A stretch of DNA of 34,893 bases from Patescibacteria group bacterium (lineage in GTDB: Bacteria > Patescibacteriota > Microgenomatia > UBA12405). Positions 9,950-18,061 of the stretch are shown here, piece by piece; positions within the stretch are counted from its first letter, which is position 1; every line of letters starts with the position of its first letter. The translations under genes and the position numbers were made by a program. The notes under the pieces are model-generated. The model was not told where the DNA came from. It worked only from the letters and a program-made list of their open reading frames with translations, and made no database searches. The DNA is taken from assembly GCA_018818185.1 (NCBI GenBank), contig JAHISL010000105.1:1-34893 (forward strand). The letters run 5' to 3'.

Positions 9950-10423
9950 CTATGGAGTATATTGTTCTTTAATTTCAGTAACTAGGCCACTATTATCTCG
10001 GAGAATCCAAAAAGGGTTTGAGTATTTTGAAACTTTAGAAAATTCGTTAAAAGAAACTTCTGAAAGAGAGAAATCATCAGTATCGGGGTCGATAAGAAAA
10101 ATAGAAACCGTGTCACTGATCTGGAGAGTACGAATGTCTGAAGAATTATTGATAATGCTAAAACCGTTGGGGGCTGATCTGTCGTCGACCCACTCAATAA
10201 AATCAATGTCGATAAAATTGTTCTGATTTTTGGAATAGACTTTTTTTATATAAGCAACTTGTTTATTTTCAACCGGGGCTGGATTTTTTGAAGATAGGTC
10301 TGGAGTTGGAGCTGGAGGAATGACAGGAGAAGTCTGTTTTTGGTGAGGAGAAAGGGTGGTTAACAAAACAACAAAAGCACAAGCCAAAAGGATAAAGGAT
10401 AGATAAATTTCTTTCTTGTTCAT
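9950..10423 (-). CDS. Hypothetical membrane-anchored or secreted protein with Pro-rich linker
   Basis: N-terminal hydrophobic helix, SPVIPPAPTP linker, small beta domain; abuts udg. Confidence 0.75.
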   Translation of the reverse strand: MNKKEIYLSFILLACAFVVLLTTLSPHQKQTSPVIPPAPTPDLSSKNPAPVENKQVAYIKKVYSKNQNNFIDIDFIEWVDDRSAPNGFSIINNSSDIRTLQISDTVSIFLIDPDTDDFSLSEVSFNEFSKVSKYSNPFWILRDNSGLVTEIKEQYTP

Positions 10424-10426
10424 AGG

Positions 10427-10870
10427 TTAAAAATTTTGGAGTTGACCGTTTTGATCAACACAACCGGGAACCATAGAGACAGGAAAATTGTATGGGGCAA
10501 CTGTTTCGCAAGAAACGGTGCCGTTACCATCCTGAACTATCAGCCACTGTTGATTGACCTTGGCGGCCAAGACCCAGCCCCCGGAAATTTCTCCGGAAAA
10601 AATAACTCCACCAGAAGCATGCTCACCGTCATTTTTTGAAAGAGTGAAATTAACTTCTGAGAGGTCTTTGTGATATTTATCGGCAAGAGCCTGTTTAATT
10701 GAAAGTTCGTCCGAGACAGGAGGAATAGTGGAAGTGGGGGTATCTTCGACCGAGGTTGGAATATCGAGAGGGGGAAGATCAGTTTGGGTGGTTGGTTTTT
10801 GGGAAAAAAGGTAAAAAGCCAACATGGCAATAACGAGACCAAGAAGGAGACCGATGATGATATTTTTCAT
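10427..10870 (-). CDS. Hypothetical membrane-anchored protein with Pro/Thr linker and a Cys pair
   Basis: Likely start MKNIIIGLLLGLVIAML at 10870, 4 nt after the lon stop; C-terminal DGNGTVSC...VPGC. Confidence 0.75.
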   Translation of the reverse strand: MKNIIIGLLLGLVIAMLAFYLFSQKPTTQTDLPPLDIPTSVEDTPTSTIPPVSDELSIKQALADKYHKDLSEVNFTLSKNDGEHASGGVIFSGEISGGWVLAAKVNQQWLIVQDGNGTVSCETVAPYNFPVSMVPGCVDQNGQLQNF

Positions 10871-10874
10871 AGGC

Positions 10875-11930
10875 TTACCATTGGGGTAAATATTTTTTAA
10901 CATTTGACTCGTCGACAACAACTTGGCGAGTTCCAGTAAGAATAAGAGCGGCGGTTTTGCGACAGAGACCCTCAATGTTTCTTTTGAGGGTACGAACACC
11001 GGCATCAAAACCGAGAGGACGAACAATATTTAACCAAATATTGTCGTCGATTTTAAGCTCATTGGGGGTAAGACCGGCCTCTTTTATGGCCTTGGGGAAG
11101 ATATAGTCGCGACCAATGGCAATCTTTTCCTCGTCGGTATAGGAAGGCATCTGAATGACCTCTAAACGATCCATAACAGCGGTAGCAATGCGGTTAGTAT
11201 TGTTGCAGGTGGCAACAAAAAAGGCTTCGGAAAGATCAAAGGGATAATCAAGATAATGATCGGTAAAACGGGCGTTTTGCTCGGGATCGAGAAGCTCGAC
11301 CAGAACTCCCATGATGGTATTTAAGGCATCGTCGGCAACACGATCAATTTCATCGAGAAGGATAACAGGATTTTTAGTTTTGCATTGGGACAACCCGCGA
11401 ATAATAGCTCCAGGCTCGGCTTCGGGATGAAGACGAGATTGACCGCGAAGATAAAGAGGGTCACCAAGACCACCAAAGGGAATACGAATAAGTTGGCGAT
11501 CCATGACTTCGGAAATAGATTTGGCCATAGTAGTTTTTCCAGTACCAACCAAACCCACAAAAAGGAGAATTGGAGCCCGGGGGACAATGTCGGGTGAACG
11601 AGTCTTTTGAAGAGAAAGGACGGAAATGTATTCTAAAATTCTTTCTTTAACGGTATCAAGACCGTAATGGTTTTCGTCAAGCTTTTCTTTGGCGTAACGA
11701 AGCTCAAGAATATCTTGGGAACGAGTGTTCCAAGGCAAGGAAATAATCCAGTCAAGATACTTAGAAGTAGTCTGGTAATAGGACCAAAAGGTATCTTCGG
11801 AGCGAGAATTGACCTCTAATTGGGCAAAGTTTTCGTTTAATTTGTCTTGGAGACCTGATGGCAGTTCAACCCCCTCGGCTTTTGATCTAAGTTTTTTAAT
11901 TGCATCAGCAATTGTTAGCGTTGACTCCAC
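10875..11930 (-). CDS. lon: Lon-family AAA+ ATPase module lacking the N-domain and the protease domain
   Basis: YLDWIISLPW, LDENHYGLDTVKERILEY, GLVGTGKTT, NPVILLDEID, LDPEQN..FTDHYLD.PFDLS, DRLEVI, GVRTLKRNI; stops at 351 aa. Confidence 0.88.
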   Translation of the reverse strand: MESTLTIADAIKKLRSKAEGVELPSGLQDKLNENFAQLEVNSRSEDTFWSYYQTTSKYLDWIISLPWNTRSQDILELRYAKEKLDENHYGLDTVKERILEYISVLSLQKTRSPDIVPRAPILLFVGLVGTGKTTMAKSISEVMDRQLIRIPFGGLGDPLYLRGQSRLHPEAEPGAIIRGLSQCKTKNPVILLDEIDRVADDALNTIMGVLVELLDPEQNARFTDHYLDYPFDLSEAFFVATCNNTNRIATAVMDRLEVIQMPSYTDEEKIAIGRDYIFPKAIKEAGLTPNELKIDDNIWLNIVRPLGFDAGVRTLKRNIEGLCRKTAALILTGTRQVVVDESNVKKYLPQW

Positions 11931-11949
11931 AATAAAAGTATACAGGAAA

Positions 11950-12228
11950 TTATTTGATCGATAAAATTAGATTTGAACCGAGACCGACTGAAATGCGTTC
12001 AATTAGCTCCAGGGATGGATTAAGGGTGGAATTTTCAAGACGTGAAATAATTGCCTGGGTGGTGCGGGCTTTTTTCGCAAGATCTTGCTGAGACATCTTT
12101 TTCTCTAATCTCTTTTTAATTATCTGACGTGATAATTGATATTTAGGGTTTGATTCTTCCCAGAGTTTCTTAAATTCAGGATCTTTTAAACTATTTTTAA
12201 AATATTGATCGAACGACAAGAGTTTCAT
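11950..12228 (-). CDS. XRE-family HTH antitoxin, HigA-like
   Basis: LKDPEFKK..., MSQQDLAKKARTTQAIISRLEN...NPSL; downstream of a RelE-like gene. Confidence 0.88.
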   Translation of the reverse strand: MKLLSFDQYFKNSLKDPEFKKLWEESNPKYQLSRQIIKKRLEKKMSQQDLAKKARTTQAIISRLENSTLNPSLELIERISVGLGSNLILSIK

Positions 12229-12235
12229 GGGGTAA

Positions 12236-12264
12236 TTATATCGTATAGGATATAAATGTCAAGA
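12236..12264 (-). promoter_or_regulatory. Antitoxin promoter region (TTGACA-16-TATAAT) with a 20-bp palindrome
   Basis: Minus strand reads TTGACAtttatatcctatacgaTATAATtaccccATG; TTATATCGTA/TAGGATATAA inverted repeat (9/10) at 12236-12255. Confidence 0.65.
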
Positions 12265-12588
12265 TAATTTATAAAAACGATTTAGAGCAATGTTGATTTC
12301 TTTGAGGGGGGTTTTGTTAGATTTTTTCTTGAAGGCATGCAATAAAATTATTTCGTCTTTTATTTTATTGGCGTAGATAATTCGAGTACTGTTTTTACCC
12401 AATATTCTTATTTCCCAAAGTGGGTAACCGGACAGTTTTTTAATGTGAGGAGAGGCTGAAATTAGACCAAACTCGATAATATTTTTTACAATTATAGAAA
12501 CCTTAATTTTGGTTTCTTTGTTTTTATCTAAAAAATCACCAACTGGATTTTTACCTCGATGGTCTAAAAAAAACTTGACTGATGCCAT
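12259..12588 (-). CDS. RelE/ParE-superfamily toxin, HigB/Gp49-like
   Basis: GKNPVGDFL, PHIKKL.G..LWEIR, RIIY, ILLHAFKKKSNKTP..EI..A; toxin-first order. Confidence 0.9.
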   Translation of the reverse strand: MASVKFFLDHRGKNPVGDFLDKNKETKIKVSIIVKNIIEFGLISASPHIKKLSGYPLWEIRILGKNSTRIIYANKIKDEIILLHAFKKKSNKTPLKEINIALNRFYKLS

Positions 12589-12589
12589 G

Positions 12590-12612
12590 TGAATATTATT
12601 ACATAATATTCA
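12590..12612. promoter_or_regulatory. Perfect 10-bp inverted repeat, probable TA operator
   Basis: TGAATATTAT-TAC-ATAATATTCA immediately upstream of the toxin ATG; minus-strand TTGACA at 12614-12619. Confidence 0.65.
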
Positions 12613-12638
12613 GTGTCAAACCCAGAGGGTACAGGGAA

Positions 12639-12872
12639 TTATTTATTATCTTCTATCAAAACAATATTTAAACATTTGATTTCTGTTTGACCACCCTCGG
12701 GTCTCCTGACAAGGAAAACGGAGCCATCCATTTTTATTGACTGGGCAGCAGTATCTAAGATTTGTTTGGCCATAGCTTGGACTTCTTCTTCAGTTGCACG
12801 AGGATATCTAGTTCTAATCGAAGAATTAAGTAAGCTAAAAGGGTCCTTGGAAGAATTATCTTGTTCAACCAT
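12639..12872 (-). CDS. Orphan hypothetical protein (77 aa)
   Basis: Intergenic ORF with TGaTATAAT 5 nt before the ATG. Confidence 0.6.
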   Translation of the reverse strand: MVEQDNSSKDPFSLLNSSIRTRYPRATEEEVQAMAKQILDTAAQSIKMDGSVFLVRRPEGGQTEIKCLNIVLIEDNK

Positions 12873-12951
12873 AGTTAATTATATCAAATTGTAACAATAA
12901 TGACATATTCCCGATAATAGAAAAATCTTTTGTAAAAAAAAGTAATCGATA

Positions 12952-13575
12952 TTAGTATTTGGCTAATTTTTTTACGATCTGATCAAGATCTGATTTGAAG
13001 GTCTGGGAATTAATCTCGTAGTAGGGGTAGTTATAAGATTTTGCCTCATTTCTAAACAATTCGCTGAATTTTGAAGAATAGGATATAACTTTTTTGAAAA
13101 TATCTCGGTTTGAATTTTCTAGCCAATCTCCTTCGGAGCGATGATTCCAGGAATATTCAAAAAATGACTCAAAATTTGTATTACCAACACAGATAAATTT
13201 TATTTGATACTTATCAATAAAACTTGTATCAAAAAAACTTGGTAGTAGGGCAACCCCTTCAAGAATAAAATCGCGATTATTATAGGAAATTGATTCAACA
13301 AAGCCCTTTACAATTTTGACAACCTCTTTTGACTCTGACTTTTGATTGTTTATTATTTCCTGAATTGATGGGGAAAACGTTTTTTCTATATAGTCCTCAT
13401 CTTTCCAGCTTATCCAATGGGCGAAAAGTTGATCACTTTTAGGAATACTTTCTAAATTAACGACACTTTCCCTAAGATTATCGGTCGACAACCAGGAAAA
13501 ACCCGTTGCTTTAGATATTTTTTTGGCAAGTTGAGATTTTCCAGTACGAGGAGCACCCCCAAGGAAATAAATCAT
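12952..13575 (-). CDS. P-loop kinase, 2-phosphoglycerate-kinase-like / AAA_33-type
   Basis: MIYFLGGAPRTGKSQLA, STDNLRE, FILEGV. Confidence 0.75.
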   Translation of the reverse strand: MIYFLGGAPRTGKSQLAKKISKATGFSWLSTDNLRESVVNLESIPKSDQLFAHWISWKDEDYIEKTFSPSIQEIINNQKSESKEVVKIVKGFVESISYNNRDFILEGVALLPSFFDTSFIDKYQIKFICVGNTNFESFFEYSWNHRSEGDWLENSNRDIFKKVISYSSKFSELFRNEAKSYNYPYYEINSQTFKSDLDQIVKKLAKY

Positions 13576-13594
13576 GATTCATTGTAGCAAAAGC

Positions 13595-15811
13595 TTACCT
13601 TCGGTTTCGATTTCGATCATCAGATGATGAGCGACGAGGTGGACTGCTGAAATTGCGGAAGGGAGGACGACCGGAAGCGGCAGGACCATCACGTTGAGGC
13701 ATAGAATCGGCGTTGCCTGGATGGGCAGCTTTGAATTCTGGAGCGCTTAATTTGATTTGATGATTGTCGTTAAAACCGGAGATGGTAACTTTTAGTTTGT
13801 CACCAATTTTGATAATTGAAGATGGATCAGAAATGAATCCCCCACTCAATTCAGAAACATGAAGCAAGGCTTCACGACCGGGTAAAAATTCAACAAAGGC
13901 ACCATAGGCTTCGACGCGGGTAACAACTCCATCATAAACTTCACCAATTTGGACATCTTTGATCATGGATTCGATTTGGAAAGCACATTCATCAATTTTT
14001 GCTTGATCTGTGGAAGAAATTGAAGCTCGGCCATCATCGTCAATGTCAATTTGGACGGAAAATTTTTCCATCAGAGCTTTGATGGTCTTACCACCAGAAC
14101 CAATGACCTCACCGATTTTATCTTCGGGGAGAGTAACTAGTTTAATTTTGGGAGCATAGACGGATAATTCTTTGCGGGGTTCGGCCAAGACAGAATCGAT
14201 TTTGTCCAAAATGGTGAGACGTGCCTTGGTAGAAGCTACAAAGGTGTCAGTAATCATTTGGAGAGAAAGACCCATTCTTTTAATATCAAGTTGAATCGCG
14301 GTAATACCAGTCCGAGTACCAGTGATTTTGAAATCCATATCACCACAGTGATCTTCGATACCAGCAATGTCGGTTAATAAAACATATTTACCTGCAGCAT
14401 CGGACATCATACCAATAGAAATGCCAGCAACCTTGTCCTTGATAGGAACACCAGCATCCATTAGAGAAAGGGTGGAACCACAGGTTGAAGCCATAGAAGA
14501 AGAACCATTTTGAGACATAACTTCGGAAGTTAAGACGATAGTATAAGGAAACTCCTCAACTGAAGGAATAACCGGAACTAGGGCTTTTTCTGCTAGGGCA
14601 CCATGACCAACTTCGCGACGACCGGGACGGCCGAAACGACCAGTTTGACCAGTGGAGAAAGGAGCAGCAGAGTAATAATGAAGATAATGTTTGGTGGTTT
14701 CGCCGCTACTGTCTTGGAGATATTGCTGTTCGGCAATAGAGCCGAGAGTAGTAATGGTTAGAGCCTGGGTTAGACCTCTTTGGAAAAGGGCAGAACCATG
14801 GGTGGTAGGTAAGACGCCAGTTTCAATTTCGAGAGGACGAACCTGATCAAAGGGACGCTTGTCGTAGCGGGTGCCAGCAAGAGTGGACTCACGTAAATAT
14901 TGACAGACCAGGGTGTCGACAGCTTCCATAACTTGGCTAGCTTCAACTTCTTCGGATTTGACTTTGGACTCGAAAGCAGCTTTGACTTTTTCTTTAATTT
15001 TTTCTTCGCCAGCCATATGAGTACCGTCCTTACCTTCGGAAAGGAATTGGGCAAGATCGTCTTTGATAAGTGTCTCAATCTCAGAAATTAGTTCCTTTGA
15101 AGGAGTAACAGGTTCAAATTCGATTTTCTTTTTACCGTATTTTTTGGCAAAATCTACTAACTGGGTATTGATAAGATCACCAGTTTCAAAACCAACTTTT
15201 AGGGCTTTAAGAACAGAATCGTTGTCCAAAATGTTGGCATCGGCCTCGATCATGTTGATACCTTCAGCATCTTTGCAGATTAGGAGGTCAAGAGATGATT
15301 TTTGGAGTTGAGAATGAGTGGGAAGAACAGTGACAGAGTCGTTTTCGAAACCGAGACGGACGGCAGAGACAGGACCATTAAAAGGAATATCGGAAAGCAT
15401 CAAGGCGGCAGACACAGCGGTAAAGGCAGGAATAACAACATCGTTTTCTTTGTCGTTACTTAAAACGGAGATAATAACTTGAACCTCGTTTTTAAATCCG
15501 ACGGGAAATAAAGGACGAATAGAGCGATCGATAATACGGCCATTGAGAATGGCAGTATCGGAAGGACCACCTTCGCGCTTGATCCATTTACTACCTTTAA
15601 CAAAGCCACCAGCATAAAGCTTATCGGAAAATTCAACAGAAAGAGGAAAATAGTCCTTGTTTTTGTCGACTGCACCCAAAACAACAGTGGCCAAAACAAC
15701 AGTTTTGCCCATAGTTGCCATGACGGCACCATTGGCTTGAGGAGCTAGAAGGCCAGTAGTTAAAGTAATTGTTTTGTCAGCGACAGTGATATCACAAGTG
15801 TTTTTTTCCAT
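13595..15811 (-). CDS. pnp: Polyribonucleotide nucleotidyltransferase (PNPase)
   Basis: RIIDRSIRPLFP, RREVGHGALAEKAL, SQNGSSSMAS, DIAGIEDHCGDMDFK, KH domain (IGSGGKTI) and S1 domain. Confidence 0.98.
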   Translation of the reverse strand: MEKNTCDITVADKTITLTTGLLAPQANGAVMATMGKTVVLATVVLGAVDKNKDYFPLSVEFSDKLYAGGFVKGSKWIKREGGPSDTAILNGRIIDRSIRPLFPVGFKNEVQVIISVLSNDKENDVVIPAFTAVSAALMLSDIPFNGPVSAVRLGFENDSVTVLPTHSQLQKSSLDLLICKDAEGINMIEADANILDNDSVLKALKVGFETGDLINTQLVDFAKKYGKKKIEFEPVTPSKELISEIETLIKDDLAQFLSEGKDGTHMAGEEKIKEKVKAAFESKVKSEEVEASQVMEAVDTLVCQYLRESTLAGTRYDKRPFDQVRPLEIETGVLPTTHGSALFQRGLTQALTITTLGSIAEQQYLQDSSGETTKHYLHYYSAAPFSTGQTGRFGRPGRREVGHGALAEKALVPVIPSVEEFPYTIVLTSEVMSQNGSSSMASTCGSTLSLMDAGVPIKDKVAGISIGMMSDAAGKYVLLTDIAGIEDHCGDMDFKITGTRTGITAIQLDIKRMGLSLQMITDTFVASTKARLTILDKIDSVLAEPRKELSVYAPKIKLVTLPEDKIGEVIGSGGKTIKALMEKFSVQIDIDDDGRASISSTDQAKIDECAFQIESMIKDVQIGEVYDGVVTRVEAYGAFVEFLPGREALLHVSELSGGFISDPSSIIKIGDKLKVTISGFNDNHQIKLSAPEFKAAHPGNADSMPQRDGPAASGRPPFRNFSSPPRRSSSDDRNRNRR

Positions 15812-15862
15812 AGATAGAGATTTTAAAAAATATTAATTAATTATAGACCGATCCCGAGAGTT

Positions 15863-16132
15863 TTATTTCTTCAGACTCAAAGATTTGATGATTTTTGTAT
15901 ATCGATCTTCATTGTGGATAGAGAGATAGCGAAGCAAACGTCGCCTTTTGGCTAGTTTACTCAAAAGTCCCCTTTTAGCGGGAGAATCGTGCTTATTTTC
16001 GTTTAAATGACCCTGGAGTTTTTCAATTTCTTTGCTTAGAATCGCAACTTGAATTTCAGGAGAACCGGTATCACCCTTTGCTTGGGCAAACTTGGTAATG
16101 ATTTCGCTTTTTTCTTCGGTGGTTAATGCCAT
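15863..16132 (-). CDS. rpsO: 30S ribosomal protein S15
   Basis: GDTGSPEIQVAILS...KRGLL..LAKRRRLLRYL; directly upstream of pnp. Confidence 0.98.
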   Translation of the reverse strand: MALTTEEKSEIITKFAQAKGDTGSPEIQVAILSKEIEKLQGHLNENKHDSPAKRGLLSKLAKRRRLLRYLSIHNEDRYTKIIKSLSLKK

Positions 16133-16218
16133 GTAATTTATTGGCTATTGATCGGTAAATAATAATATTTTGGAATGGCTCCCAAAAAACCGATTGATAG
16201 TCAGAAGGGATTATAACA
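16133..16218 (-). promoter_or_regulatory. rpsO promoter (TGtTATAAT) and structured 5' leader, candidate S15 autoregulatory RNA
   Basis: Extended -10 at 16210-16218. Nested inverted repeats at 16142-16156/16189-16203 enclose an inner hairpin UUUUGGGA-GCCA-UUCCAAAA (16168-16187). Confidence 0.55.
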
Positions 16219-16222
16219 CAGA

Positions 16223-16486
16223 TTACTTATCAAGAGGGCAAGCTTGGCAACTCACAGTATCGTTGATGGGGTAGATAGAGGGGGCATCAAGATGGTCGGT
16301 GGAGGGAGGATATGAGGCGATGACTATCCTGGCGCTTATGATAGCAGGACAAGCATCGTCGAAATAATCATCTCTTTTGTCACATTGAGCAAAAGGTCTA
16401 ATAAAGGAAACACGAAGCTTAAGATGTGGAAATCTTTTTTGATCTTCCTCGCTTAGAGGATATTGGGATTGTTGTTCAATGTCCAT
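16223..16486 (-). CDS. Small Cys-rich orphan protein, PHL/SCQxC family copy 3
   Basis: RFPHLKL..C..C..APSI..SCQAC, shared with its two neighbours. Confidence 0.7.
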   Translation of the reverse strand: MDIEQQSQYPLSEEDQKRFPHLKLRVSFIRPFAQCDKRDDYFDDACPAIISARIVIASYPPSTDHLDAPSIYPINDTVSCQACPLDK

Positions 16487-16510
16487 ATTATTTGGTTAGT
16501 AAATTTTTTA

Positions 16511-16807
16511 TTAAATTTGACTGTCTAAAAAATTATCTATCGCAACATCCATAGCAATACATTCTTGACAAGATCGAAGACTCATACCAGTAATACTGGT
16601 AATTGTCGGCACATTGGTTTCAAGACTTTGTCGCATGGTGACGATAAGACATCTTTGATAAATACAATTGTTCTGCCTGGAACGAATAGCACAAGCTGTT
16701 TTGATACCACCATCTTCCGCATATGAGAGATCAAGGTGGGGATAACGTTTATTAATTGAACTAGTTTTTCTAAAAGTTCGGTCTTTTCTACTTTCTTTAT
16801 TTTGCAT
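16511..16807 (-). CDS. Small Cys-rich orphan protein, PHL/SCQxC family copy 2
   Basis: RYPHLDL..GGIKTACA..NC....C..MRQSLETNVPTITSITGMSLRSCQEC. Confidence 0.75.
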   Translation of the reverse strand: MQNKESRKDRTFRKTSSINKRYPHLDLSYAEDGGIKTACAIRSRQNNCIYQRCLIVTMRQSLETNVPTITSITGMSLRSCQECIAMDVAIDNFLDSQI

Positions 16808-16849
16808 TTGATGACAATTAAAAGTTATGCTTGGTATTGGCTTTATCCT

Positions 16850-17164
16850 TTAATAAATAGTTTTTGAAAAACTATCGAATACGGCTTTTGCCTGCTCAGT
16901 TTTTTGCTCCATATTCAAATAAACCTGGCATTCTTGACAAGATCTGACACCCATTCCCTCAATGCCAGTAACAGTGGGGGCGGTGGCTTCAAGACCCTGT
17001 CTCATATAAAAAACAGGACTACCTGAACTAACACAGTGCGCTGAACCATAACAATTATCTATATCGGCGGCGGCACAAAGTGTTCCAATTCCAGCACCGT
17101 CGACATGAACCAGGCGAAGGTGGGGATACGTTTTCTCTAATGATTCAGTTTTTTGGAGATACAT
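16850..17164 (-). CDS. Small Cys-rich orphan protein, PHL/SCQxC family copy 1
   Basis: TYPHLRL..AGIGTLCA..NC.....C..MRQGLEATAPTVTGIEGMGVRSCQEC. Confidence 0.75.
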   Translation of the reverse strand: MYLQKTESLEKTYPHLRLVHVDGAGIGTLCAAADIDNCYGSAHCVSSGSPVFYMRQGLEATAPTVTGIEGMGVRSCQECQVYLNMEQKTEQAKAVFDSFSKTIY

Positions 17165-17186
17165 ATATATTTAAAATAAAATTAAA

Positions 17187-17987
17187 TTAGGCCATGGGGG
17201 TGGGATTAGGTTTATTGGTCCCAGGAGCAAGGCCAGCACTTTTTTCAACGTTTTCGATCGGGGTAGGTTCAGGATTTTGAGGTGTGGAATCGTCGGGCTG
17301 AGTAGCACGAAGACAGATAGCACCAGCTTCAAAAGTTTCTGGAGAAACGTTGACGGAAAAAGATTGGGTAGCGACACGAAGGCCGATAAGCAAATCTTTC
17401 CCAGAATCTAGATCAAGTGTTAAGCCAAGCATAGGTAGCAAGAAAGTGAAAATTTCGGAAAAGGGAGCATCGGGATCCATAAGGGTGGCCTTGGCCCAGC
17501 TTTTGGAAACCTGTTGAGGGGTAATTAGAATCCAGTTTCCTTTTTCTACCATAGAAATGGCGGCGCCTAAGGGAGACTCATCACCAAGCATGAAACAGAC
17601 ATCAGCGGAAGAACCGTTGTTGTTGATCATAATTTGCTTAGTTTCAACCTTGGCAGCACCGGATTTGGTCTTAACAACCAAATTTAGATGACCACCGTCG
17701 TCGTTGTAGGAAACAGCTTCAATTTGGTCAATTGGATAATCTAGGGTAACAACCAAGTCGGAACTGGAATAGGTATCGGTCAATAGTTCTAAACCGCTAA
17801 GTTTTGAATAATTTTGATCGGTCTTTTGAGGACAAAAGACACGAGCCTCTTTTCCTTGTTTCTTTAAAGAGATGGCCAAGGCAAGAGCTGCACCGACGCT
17901 ATCGACAGAAAGAGTGGGAACCACAATAAGCGCGCTTTTGGCTGTATCAACGAGATTTTTTATTTCAGTGACATTATAATTTTTCAT
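17187..17987 (-). CDS. Degenerate DHH (NrnA-like) phosphoesterase-fold protein
   Basis: SALIV....SVDSVGAALALAISLKKQGKEARVFCP resembles DHH motif I, but no DHH tripeptide is present. Start placed at ATG 17987 (AGGA upstream). Position after infB is typical of nrnA-like genes. Confidence 0.65.
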   Translation of the reverse strand: MKNYNVTEIKNLVDTAKSALIVVPTLSVDSVGAALALAISLKKQGKEARVFCPQKTDQNYSKLSGLELLTDTYSSSDLVVTLDYPIDQIEAVSYNDDGGHLNLVVKTKSGAAKVETKQIMINNNGSSADVCFMLGDESPLGAAISMVEKGNWILITPQQVSKSWAKATLMDPDAPFSEIFTFLLPMLGLTLDLDSGKDLLIGLRVATQSFSVNVSPETFEAGAICLRATQPDDSTPQNPEPTPIENVEKSAGLAPGTNKPNPTPMA

Positions 17988-18061
17988 ATTTGTCCTGCTT
18001 ACAAATAAATTATTATTTTTAGAATTTGATTCAAAAACAGAGGTATTTAACCTGTTCATTT

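Noticed and set aside
10871..11026. Overlap of ORF 10427..11026 with the lon 3' end as a programmed frameshift restoring a protease domain
   Set aside because: The downstream product is a TM-anchored protein with no Lon protease motifs and has its own ATG at 10870.
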